Source of the DNA: Adineta vaga
Lineage: Eukaryota; Animalia; Rotifera
Direction: 5' to 3'
Length of the DNA stretch: 64,000 nucleotides
Assembly (NCBI GenBank): GCA_021613535.1
Contig: CP075497.1
Coordinates: forward strand, 10,540,001-10,604,000
Below are positions 13,489 to 25,000 of the stretch, one piece after another. Made by a program: the position numbers and the translations under genes. The notes under the pieces are model-generated. The model saw only the letters and a list, made by a program, of their open reading frames with translations, made no database searches and was not told where the DNA came from. The first letter of the stretch is position 1; each line of letters starts with the position of its first letter.

Positions 13489-14915
13489 ACCTTTCTTATA
13501 TTCTCAAATTTTTATTCTTCAATTCAATTTCAAATCCTAATTCAATCGTCGAACATTTCCAACTATTTATATTCAAACAATGAATTCCTAAAAATAACTT
13601 TCTCCCATTTATTTTTTTAACAATCATGTAATGAATTCTTCAAAAGGTACTAGTGAGCTATCATTCAAATAATTTCTGAAGACAACAGAAGATTGATGCT
13701 TTTCTAAGGACTTTCTGAACTAAAGTTTTTTTTCTTTATTAAATATTTTCTTCAATAAAAAGAGTCAGTGTTTTATGTCCATCCATCAAATTATCTCCGA
13801 TTATTTCTTTATGAAAATAGACCAGAGCATAACAGTCGATTATATTCTTTACCATCAACTCGCTGTACATTACATCATTAAAGATATTGTCAATATTTGA
13901 GAGTAGTCAAACATGTCCATGGTATGAAAAAAAAATCTATAATCTTATTGTCAATATAGTCAATATCTTTTGAACAGATGTCTTTTTAGATAAGATTTGA
14001 GAATGATGAAAAAAAACACCATATCTTTACGGATGTTTTATTAAATTTGAAGCATGATAATTTCAATTGGAAATATTTTAATATTAGAACGTATGCTAGG
14101 CATCTATCCTGAAACTATTTTAGAAGAGAAAAAAATTATATAATATTTGTTCCTGAATGACATGATGTTAGCTATAGGTGGATTATTTTATAATTTTATA
14201 AACTTGGTTATATTTCTCTTCCGTATCGACTGAATAATTGAAGTTTCAGTTGATTTTGATGAAGTGATAATATCTAACAACTCTTTGAAACGATAGTTTT
14301 TCATTTATATGACTTTTTGTGGTTTATTCTATCATATCATAGACATTTGTTTTCTATTTATTCATAGACATGAAGAAAAAAGTATCATTGCTCGATGACA
14401 TATTGAATCTTGAAAATCATGCTTTTCAAAATAATTGATGTGTAAAGAAAAGTAATGAGAAAACGATGTTGTCATACAATATATTATTTCTCTGCTTTGT
14501 CCAAGAACTGCTCAAAACTCTCGTTTTCCTTTTTCTTTCACTTTTTTTTAAAGAGAAAAAAGACGAAGGAGTAGTGTACATGGTAATATTGCAGTACAAT
14601 AATATTTGTGAATGATTTATGACTGGTAGAATATTTCACCTGCGAAGCATAGACATATATATATATATATATACCTACGTAGCAAACGATGTATGATGTA
14701 AGAAAATTGTGAAGAAGAAAAAAAACTGAGCGTGAGAAAAAAGAACAAAGAGAAAAGAGAAATAACAGGTGAAAAAGGTATGTCAATTGTCTAAAGAGGT
14801 TAAATTTGCTCAGTATTCTTTTTATTTCTTCTTTTTTTTCTAACGATTCTTTATTAAATCTGATTTCAAACGATAATAGTCTTTATTTTGATTAATTTAG
14901 AATTTGAAAAACAAA

Positions 14916-17312
14916 ATGGTAACACGTACACCAGCACCACAGCCTATAACTCAATTGGAAAATTTTCTTCATGCAGATATCATTTGTTTAACATTAAAAT
15001 TTGGTTTTCAACAAAAATCATTTAAATATCCAGTAAATGATACGACAAGTACGATTATCGAAAGAATCTATCGCGATGCCGAAACTTGGCTACGATCGAT
15101 ATTAATTAATACAAAAAATCTACAACTAGTTGAACGTTATACACTTTATCTTTTCCGCATTCCATCATCGGATTTGACAATGGTACCAATTGCTCAATTA
15201 TCTGATATTGAACAGAACTCTTTAATTGAACTAGTTGTTGTACCTGTTGAAATCAATCAAAATCCTCATGCTTTATATCGATGTCAATTAAATGTGCCAA
15301 CAAATTGTTCGAAATGTTCACGATTAATTACAGGCATCTATCGGCAAGGATTTCGTTGTCGAAAGTGTCGAATGACTTATCATAAAGATTGTGCACCATT
15401 TTTACTTGATGATTGTCTAGTTCTCACTGATCCGCCATCACCAACACGAAAATCAACATCAACTAGTCTCACGTTTGTTAATCCATTTGTTCAACCTCCT
15501 GTTACATCAGCAAATTCAACAATAACTCCTGGTTCGAAGACTATACCTATTTACAGTCCATCATCCAATACATCGAAAGAAAATGAACAATCAGCTATAG
15601 CAACAACTATTATCGATGAAGGTATCTTTCCTGCATGTATTAGTGGCCGAGATATTTATCAACGATATTTATTTCGTTTAACTCGAGCAACATTAACATT
15701 AACAACAACTTTATTAAATTCCTTATCTCCACAACAACAACAAACACGACAAATAACGGAAACCGATACGTTGATTCCCTTAGCTGATATTAATGATTTG
15801 ATTCTTACGCATTTCATAGATGATCATGATCATATATTTGAAATTCATTTTCAAGGTAAATTTGTCTTATGTGTGGGAAAGAAAAGTGATTCAGATGATT
15901 TACAAATGCAAACTGCACAATTTTATTCATCAGTTCGTGATCAATGGGAAGCATTAACTACAGCTACATCATCACAATCACAAACGCCAGTAGCAACTTC
16001 GCCCGTCCCACCAGTATCAACACCCAGTACAAAATCAACAGGAATTTTGAAACGAAGACAAAGTATCTATCGACGACCAACAAGGAAGAGATAATGAAGA
16101 TAAAGACTTGCATGAATTATATGCATTTACTGGTGAAAAAATTGGTGAAGGTAGGCATAAATTCTTTTTGATATTAAGAAAGATTTATTGATTTTCTTTG
16201 TAAAAAAAATACAGGTCAATTTGGACGTGTTGTCGGTGCTATTCGTAAATCAACAAATCGTAAAGTTGCAATAAAATGTATTGAAAAAGCAAATTGTAGT
16301 GAAGAAGATATTCGACGAACAAATGAAGAAATTGATCATCTTTATAAATTCAATCATGTTAATATTCTTAAACTTGAAGCTTATTTTGAACGTGGTGATG
16401 CTGTATATATTATCACTGAACGAATGGAAACTGATATGTGTAAATATATCATGGAATCATCGAACAAATGGCTCGATGAAAATATGTGTAAAATGTTAAT
16501 TTATCAAGTTATCATTGCATTAAGATATTTACATTCAAATAATTGTGGACATTTAGATGTTAAATGTGAAAATATTCTCATTTCATTTCTTAAACATGTT
16601 CCTACAGCTAATACAAATAAAACACAAACGGCCAAACATAAAACAGAATTACCTTTAGTTAAATTAGCTGATTTTGGTTATTCAAGAATTATTGGTGAAC
16701 ATTCATTTCGAAAGACACGTGTTGGAACAGTATGTATTTGAATGAGACATAGTTTAAAAAAATGTTTTATTGATCTTTGTAACTCTTTGTAGAAAGTCTA
16801 TTGTGCACCGGAAATCTATGGAAGCAAAGAAGGTTACAATCGGTTGGTTGATATGTGGAGTGTTGGTATTGTTCTTTATGCTGCTCTTTCAGGCACACTA
16901 CCTTATGATGAAAAGGATGTTCCTCGTGCAGAAGAAATTGTTCGGAATAAGAAATTAATGTATTCAAATCAACGTTGGCGTGATATAACGGATGAAGCGA
17001 TTGATTTAATTTCAAATAAATTATTAGTTGTTCAACCCTTAACACGTATCCGATCAACAGTAAGTTTTTTTTTCTTTTTGAAGAAATTCATCTTGAAAAT
17101 TATTTCTTGATCGAATCTAGGAAGCATTGTTTCATGCATGGTTTACAGATTTTCATTTATATAAAAATCTTCGTGAAATTGAAAGACGTACAGAACATGA
17201 TTTTTCAACAAAACAACAACAACTTCCATCATCATCAACTTGGCTCACTGGAGAACGGGAAGATCATGTTTGGACAGAATTTAAATCGATGTATGAAAGA
17301 TCGAATGAATGA
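14916..17312 (+). CDS. Protein kinase D-like Ser/Thr kinase (N-terminal domain, one C1, PH-like, CAMK-type kinase); frame break at ~16050-16090
   Basis: C1 domain HALYRCQLNVPTNCSKCSRLITGIYRQGFRCRKCRMTYHKDC...C. Kinase IGEGQFGRV, VAIK, HLDVKCEN, KLADFGYSRIIGEHSFRKTRVGT, CAPE, GYNRLVDMWSVGIVLY resembles the PKD activation loop [20 protein letters not shown]. Confidence 0.85.
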
Positions 17313-18281
17313 TAGGAAGAATCAAATTGTTTATTTGATTGACAATGACTTATTAAGATACAATAAATATCTGTTGTTGCAATATGTATCTGCCTTTTGT
17401 TTTTGCTAAACATCTAAGCTATTTCTTTTTCTGTCTATATTCAATATTTAAGATTTAATCAGGAGTGCAAGTCTTATCATATTATTCTTCAATTTAATTA
17501 AATGTTTTGCCAATAGTGCTTTATCAAATTCTTGATTCATGTATAATAGAACACAATTCATATCTGATAAGAATAAGTCGCTTTTCTAGTAACTTCGATA
17601 TAACAGAAGTTCATGCCTTCTTTTCTACAATTGCTGTAGTTACTTTCATAAATAACAAATGACATTAGATAGAACTATAAGGATATATATATACTTGTCA
17701 ACATACAAAAGTGTTTAATATAGTTTTATTTCAATTCATTACGTATTCTAAACAGACTGTTGTCTCATTTTGAGAAAGCATATTTAGTATGCACAGAAGA
17801 TTCAATCATGTTATTGCTATGAATTTGTAAATGTAATTAATTTTATTGATAGAATGCATTAACTAAAATATTAATAAGTGTAGTATATGACATCTATCAG
17901 AGGAACTGATGTTTAAATACTTAGGTATATGATATACTCTATTGTCGTTTGGACTATTAGTAAAGAATTGATTTGTATTATTTTGGAAAGATAAATCGAA
18001 CTGTTTTTGACGTAATTCAAAATAATCATGACAAGAATTTAGTACTCAATATATTCGCTATCATTGAGTTCGGAAGAGAGAATTTTATCTGAACGATGAC
18101 TTCCTACATAAGTATTAAGTTATTACAAGAACTTTCGACGAATGCATGAAATGTTCAACGAAAAGTATCTATATTTGACTATAATTGACTGTGAAACTAA
18201 ACTATATAATTTCAAACACGCAATTTTAAGAATACAATCCTGATACATTATAAGAAATTTAAAAAGAGAAGATATTTTTTA

Positions 18282-20855
18282 CTATGAAGAAGCACGTCTT
18301 TCTCGTAATTGATTAACATATTCTCGATATCGTCTTGTTTGAGAATGATTAGGTCCGAATGCTTGATGAATAATATCAAGCGCTCGTTTTGCATGTTCTA
18401 TTGCTTGTTCCACTTGTTTACTAGCATTGAATGCTACAGCCATATTACTGATTGTAATAGCTATGGACGGATGATTATGAGGAAGATATTTCTCTTCGAT
18501 TTCTAACGTTTTTCGATAGTATAATAAAGCATTGGGATAATCTCCAATCAATCGATAGATTTCACCCATATTATTATGTGTTGCTGCAAGATTCAATGGA
18601 TTTATAGAAGGTAATTTCTCTAGAATTTCGACTGCTTTTTTGTATTGGCAGAGTGCTTCGGAATAATCTCCATTTAAATCATGAATGGTACCCATATTAT
18701 TATAAATAGTAGCCATCAATGGATGATCTGATGGAAGAGATTTCTGCCATATTTGCAATGTTTTTTCATAAAACGTAATTGCTTGTGAATAGTCACCTAT
18801 AGATTGATATACACCACCTAAATTATTATATGTCAATGCTAACAATGAATGATCTAATGGAAAAGCTTTCTCTTCGATTTGTAATGCTTTGCTATAATAC
18901 AACTGTGCATTCGGATAATCATCCATCATACGATATGCTAATCCAATATTGTTGTATGTTGTTGCTAACACGAGTTGATTTGATGATCGAATTTTCTGTT
19001 GAATTTTTAATGCTTTTTCGTAATAGGAAAGTGAAGTTGTATAATTACCTTGAAATTGATACACATCGCCAATATTACTGAAGGTAATTGCAATGGATGA
19101 ATGGTTTGGTACGAGAGTTTCTCTTTGAATTTTTAATGCTTTTTGATAATGTAATAGTGCATCAGAATATTGTCCGGTCAGACAATGGATTGCACCGAGA
19201 TTATTGTAAGTCAAAGCGAAAGACGGATGATCAGTTGAAAGTGAAGATTTTTGAATTTCATGAACTTTTTCATAAAAAGAAAGTGCAGTTTTATAATCAC
19301 CTTTTGCTTCGTGTATAGTACCAATATTACTGTACAAAGTTGTTAATGATATATGATCTGCTGAAGATAATTTCTCTCGAATTTCTAATGCTTTTTCACA
19401 ATAGGAGAGCGCATTATTATAATCTCCCATCGATCGATATGTCATTGCAATATTATTATAAAGTATTGCTAATGATGGATGATTGAAAGTTAAACATTCG
19501 TCTTGAATTTTAAGAATTTGTTGATAATTCAATAGAGCATTAGAATATTCTCCCATCGAATCATATATTAAACCAATATTATTACAAATCGATCGATCTT
19601 GATGACGTCTATTCGTCATTTCAGTAAAATTCTTCAACATATATATTGCTTTATCAAATTCATCCATTTTAAATAGTATTCCTATTAATGATCGCCAACC
19701 AGTTGCATACATCATTTCATTGCTTACGTGTTCAGTTATTATTTCCAATCGTTGATGAATATCATTCGTTAATGTTAACTTCACTTTCCATAATTGATCT
19801 TCAACTTCTGTTATTTCACTAATTCTAAATATTGTATGTGTAGAAAATAAAACGAAACTTCCTGTTTCGAAATAATAACTACTATCATCTAGATAAGCAT
19901 ATGGAATTGAACAAATACATGGATCGATTTCCATTTCAAATAGAATTCGAATATTTTGTTTATCAGATCGAGTCGAACGAAGAGCTACGTCTCGATTTGT
20001 ACTTGTCAATAGAAAATGATGAAAACTATAAAGACTACCTTTTTTATGTTTGATACATTGTTGAAAATCATCAGGAGACATTTGTTCACTATGATAAACA
20101 GTAAATTTTGTCGTTTGATATGTCTCAGAATGGATTTGTTTAATTTCTCGATGAAGATCTCGTAGAAAGATGCCAAATTTAATCATCATATCAATATTTT
20201 GTGTTATTAAAGCATCCTTTATCAAAACTGGAATGTTCGATTGTTGTATGAACCACCAAATTGGTGAATATCGATGATAATGTTGTTCAAATTCATGACA
20301 AAAACTAAATGTTTCTTTCTTTCCTCTTTCATCATATTCAAGTTGAAAAATCATATCTGTCAGTAATTTTGAATATACATAGGATGAATAATTTTCATCA
20401 ATATCATCGTCAAGTTGAGTAAGAATATTTGACGAACCAATTCGACGTTTAAACGCAGAAGAAATTTGTTCGATTTCTGGAAATATTCCATGTAATTTAC
20501 TACATTCATTCAGACACGATTGTTCTTCAGATAATGAATTAGCAAATACGAAAACTGAATCAATTTGTGATGTTTCTTCAATACATCTTATCAAATTTCG
20601 AAGTGATTGAGCATGAAACAAATCATTTATAATCAAGAATACATGTTTATTTGTGATTGTTTGAAGAAAATCAATACATTGATCAATATTAAGACATGTT
20701 TTAATCGAATCGATAAAATGATGAGTAGTCTTGAAGAGAATTCTTGCGTGTTGAATTGTATGACTCACATTCGAATCTAACCATAGAATAACATAATGTT
20801 TAATAAATTCATGAGATTCCATCTGAATAGATTCGATATTGGGAGATTTTATCAT
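18282..20855 (-). CDS. Intronless 857-aa protein: N-terminal receiver-like region, degenerate ADP-ribosyltransferase-like domain, ~10 42-aa TPR repeats
   Basis: Single ORF. ILWLD, SPIWWF, ILFEMEID and TIFRI blocks are typical of the bdelloid-expanded ART-TPR family. Ten repeats of consensus HPSLAxxYNNIGxxYxxxGDYxxALxYYxKALxI. Confidence 0.85.
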   Translation of the reverse strand: MIKSPNIESIQMESHEFIKHYVILWLDSNVSHTIQHARILFKTTHHFIDSIKTCLNIDQCIDFLQTITNKHVFLIINDLFHAQSLRNLIRCIEETSQIDSVFVFANSLSEEQSCLNECSKLHGIFPEIEQISSAFKRRIGSSNILTQLDDDIDENYSSYVYSKLLTDMIFQLEYDERGKKETFSFCHEFEQHYHRYSPIWWFIQQSNIPVLIKDALITQNIDMMIKFGIFLRDLHREIKQIHSETYQTTKFTVYHSEQMSPDDFQQCIKHKKGSLYSFHHFLLTSTNRDVALRSTRSDKQNIRILFEMEIDPCICSIPYAYLDDSSYYFETGSFVLFSTHTIFRISEITEVEDQLWKVKLTLTNDIHQRLEIITEHVSNEMMYATGWRSLIGILFKMDEFDKAIYMLKNFTEMTNRRHQDRSICNNIGLIYDSMGEYSNALLNYQQILKIQDECLTFNHPSLAILYNNIAMTYRSMGDYNNALSYCEKALEIREKLSSADHISLTTLYSNIGTIHEAKGDYKTALSFYEKVHEIQKSSLSTDHPSFALTYNNLGAIHCLTGQYSDALLHYQKALKIQRETLVPNHSSIAITFSNIGDVYQFQGNYTTSLSYYEKALKIQQKIRSSNQLVLATTYNNIGLAYRMMDDYPNAQLYYSKALQIEEKAFPLDHSLLALTYNNLGGVYQSIGDYSQAITFYEKTLQIWQKSLPSDHPLMATIYNNMGTIHDLNGDYSEALCQYKKAVEILEKLPSINPLNLAATHNNMGEIYRLIGDYPNALLYYRKTLEIEEKYLPHNHPSIAITISNMAVAFNASKQVEQAIEHAKRALDIIHQAFGPNHSQTRRYREYVNQLRERRASS

Positions 20856-22089
20856 TGTACAAGAATGTATATGTGTTTTTTGTTGATTAACACAGTTGGT
20901 TTTCTTTCAAACTTGGAAGATTCGTTTTTTCCACCTATGTTTGTCATCATCGTCATCGTCACCGCACATTGTAATTCAAAGGAAGAAAAGAAAGGCTTTT
21001 TCTTCTACTTCTGTTGACTTTGTTTTCAATGAAAGTAAAGAAAGTAAAAAACAATGCTCTGTGATCTATAAACGTCACTTTAAAGATGCGATATATTAAT
21101 ATATCTTTCACCTTATAAAAATTGATAAAAAAAAACCACTTCGGAAGGAAATAGTCTGATCAAATTTTTTTCCATCTGATTATATGGGTTGTGTATATGT
21201 CAAGATAAAATAAACATGACATTTATATTAACTTGATCTATTAGTTGTCAAGAAATAATTAAGTCTATCAAAAACTACTCGACGTTATGTTTACCTTGAA
21301 CTTTGACAACAAATTTAATTATACTTATAACTCCATCAATGATTAAATCAAATATACTGTCAAAAATATTAGATAATCACGAGCCAAATAATATTATGAT
21401 ATATGATAGAGTAAGGAAAATAGAAACGGAAAAAAAATGATTGATGAATATCACATTTCTGTCATACGTATCCGTTTCCATGTATCATTATTCATTCGAA
21501 CGATGATTATCTATCCTTTTTTTTTCATTAAAAAAAGAAAGGATTTTTTTCTAGTAATAACTTCATCAAAAATACAGTTACGGTTGAATAATTTCGTATG
21601 CTACACAAGAAAAAATGACATTGATTCTCTTGAGATAAATCACTCACATATAACCTTCACTATCTCTTGATTAATCAGTATTTAGGATCGAATAAAATAC
21701 AAAATAATAAATTAATCCATAATAAAACATGTTACCATACTCGATCTATTATTTATAAAAAATCGCTCACAAAAGAATAATTTATCTTCCTTTCTTTTTT
21801 GTATATAATCTCTCGACATCATTGTTCATATATATATATGCTTCGAAAAAGAAAAAAAATGGAAAACAACAATCAAACCAAAAGAAGAAGAAAAAAACAG
21901 AAATAGGAAAACTCTCTTCCTCTCGCGTACCAAATACACATATAAACACACGCACACACATGTTCTGTACAAAAGATGACACACATACTAACAGGCACAA
22001 GTTGGAAAGATGAAGAGAAAAAACGGAGAAAAGAATAAAATGTGTATCATACAAAGAGAGAAGGAAAAAACACACATATGAAATCTTCA

Positions 22090-25000
22090 TCAAATTGTTG
22101 GTATGCCTTCATATTCAATACAAATGATTTTTCGAAAAACTGTTCGAATGATAGTTGACTTTGAACACGCATCAAGTCGATTGAAATAGACAAAAAATAA
22201 AAGAAGTAAAATTAAAAGACCAAGCAAAAGAGAACGAAACCATGTTTGCTTTAATCGATCCCAATAGGAAGTTCTCGGTAGAATTTTCGTTGCTTTTGTT
22301 TCATTGGTTGGAGATTTGGCTGAATTGAGACGATGAAGAAGTCTTGATTGAGATGTTTCATCGATAATTGAATCTGTTGATACAGGTGGAAAGAGAAGTT
22401 TTGAATTATCATTAAGAGTTTGATGAGTATAGATTGTTGATGATGAAGATGAAGCGGGAAGAGATGTTCGATCATACTCAATACCACTATCAATTTGTTG
22501 AAATTTATTTCGTTGATGATCAGTTCTTGACGTTGATGATGACGTTGCTGTTGTTTTACTTGAATTCACCGGTTTACTGGATTCATCGTCAGATGATTCA
22601 TGTATTTTATAATAATGATCTGTTGATTGTTGAGTATTTATTGTTGATTGAGGATTTTGATGATGACGATGATGATATTCAGTATCTGTTGTGGTTTGTG
22701 TATCATTTGTACGTTCATAAAAAACAGGTTTAGTTACTTCAACAACTGTTTCAATATATAAAACTTTACAGTCATCAGATATTAGGAAGTTGTCGAACTT
22801 TGTTTATTTGACGTTTCATTATCTAAATTTTCTTCAAGGTAACAAAACAAAAAAGAAATTAATTAAAAGCATAAATAATCGATTTGTAACTTACGGTTGG
22901 AATCGTTTAACGTTGTTCGATTTTCAGTTGTTCGTCGATATTTTTTATGCCGTGTATTTTGTTGGGTAGAATATTGTAGAGGAGTTGTTGTTGATGATGA
23001 TAAGGAAGATGAAGTATGAAATATAGATGAATTATTATTATTTAAGTTAATTGATCCATCAAATGAAACATGTTTAGATTGACTTTTTCGAACAAATTCA
23101 TTTAACATTTTTCTATATAGATCAAGTTTACATTCACAATGATTTTTGATTTTCAAATGTAAATTCGTCGTAGGATGAATAGTTGAACGTGTTAAATGAT
23201 TGATTAATTGTTCATATTTATCCATTAATCTTTGAATATCTTGATATTCAATCTATTAGAAATAGAAAGAAGAATTGACACGTGGATTAGAGTATGAAAT
23301 TATTTTTCAATTACTTGGTAATTGTTATTGTATTCACATGAAGTCAATTTTTGTTCAATCTGTGTTTCAATAGGAATAAGATTGTCGATCAGTTTTGATA
23401 GTGTACGTAATTGACTTTGATAAGTGTCCATTCTAAATTGAATAGAAAAAAACGATGGGCGGAGGACGTAAAGAGAACATGTTCGAATGAAAACAATAAC
23501 AAACTTACTTATCGGTCAGTTGGTCAAGTGTCAGACGACAACTATGTAAATGTTCATCAATATTCGACGATGATGGACCATCGAAATGCGACATTCGATA
23601 TTCGTTCAGATGTTCTTCGGCAAGGAGTATATCAGAACGATATGAACCAATTTTCTATATAAGAAAAAGAAGAATATCAAGAAAAGATTCTATGAAGTTT
23701 CGTTTTTCGTACTTGTCGAGAATCTTTTTCTGATTCAATTTCGTAATTAATTCGTCGCATAATTTCAATTAAAGAACTATCATTTAACCAAGGATGTTGA
23801 TGATTACAAGCGGAATTAATACGAGATAATTCTTCGTCTAAACGTAATTTCAATTTAATAATCTCTTGCGAAATATATAGTAATTGACGAGCTTGTATTC
23901 GATCATCATTAACTTGTTGTCGCATGTCATGCCAACCAGAGAGATATGCTGCAAAAAAGAGAAGATTAATAGTAAAAGGTTAAAAAACACAAAAAAAGAT
24001 ATTACAAGCATCTGGTATTCATATCATACCATCTACGATTATTATTTTGGTTACAAAACTTCCGTATAAACTAGAAAATGACTATCTGATAACCATTATC
24101 TAATGTCTGTATATATATATAAATCTATGAACCCAAACAAGAAAAGATCAATCCATACAATAGATCAATATACATAACAGGTAACTTCTTGCGGGTGTAA
24201 CATGAGATTTATATACATAGATACATTGTATATAAACAAGAAAGGATTAATCAACTGAGATATGACGAAAAAAAAGAACGAAGAATGAAAGAGTGTATTG
24301 TCACCTGCATAGATGATCAGTCAAGAATTAGAAATGAATGTATTTCTCAAGATCAACAATTAAATCGGCTTAACATTTGCCTTTTCCCCCTCAACATAAC
24401 AGTAAATTGATCTTCTTTCTTCCGTGATGTAATCTAATCAGAAACTTACACGATTATTGTCGAGTTATAAAGTTGAATCTGATGCTACAGAACGTGTGCA
24501 CGTAAAGTATGATTATGAATGGAAAAAAACGGTTTTTTTCCTCCGCCATCCTCCTCTCTCTCATTCTCTGTTAGAAGTAATAAGGATGTGGTCGTGTTTT
24601 TGTTGTTTCTCTTTTCTTTTATCGAAGGACACAATACTTACTACATCGAACGAACGATACAAAAAAAAAGAGAAGAGAAAGAAAGACAAGAAAAGCATGC
24701 AATAAGAACGAAAGAAACAAGATCGCGATCGTCTATATGCATTCACATGAAAGGATGACATTGTGCAATGTCTTACTCGATTGAAAAAAACAAACATCAT
24801 CGTCAAAATCTATAAATCTTGAACAATTACCATCATTCTTGAGTAGTACGCAACAAATGTTTGTCGTTCCAAGGTAAATGATAGTAGTACTATGAGCGTG
24901 TTGAATTTATGATCATTCACTTCTGAACGCAATGAAGAAAAGAATGTGATATGCGTCCTGTTTATATATTTATATATAGGTGCACTCTATTGTAGTCAAG

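Noticed and set aside
13780-14340. Possible decayed membrane-protein or GPCR pseudogene (fragment MIISIGNILILERMLGIYPE...)
   Set aside because: Fragments are short and stop-ridden with no diagnostic motif; cannot be supported without a homology search.
18282-19590. Kinesin light chain or nephrocystin-3 call for the TPR protein
   Set aside because: Similarity is limited to generic 42-aa TPRs; no KLC heptad region or NTPase domain, and the N-terminus is ART-like.
22746-22822. Apparent premature stop or frameshift near the 3' end of the KASH gene
   Set aside because: Resolved by a 24-nt micro-exon (22822-22799) plus a typical 53-nt GTTCGA..CAG intron (22798-22746) that restores frame.
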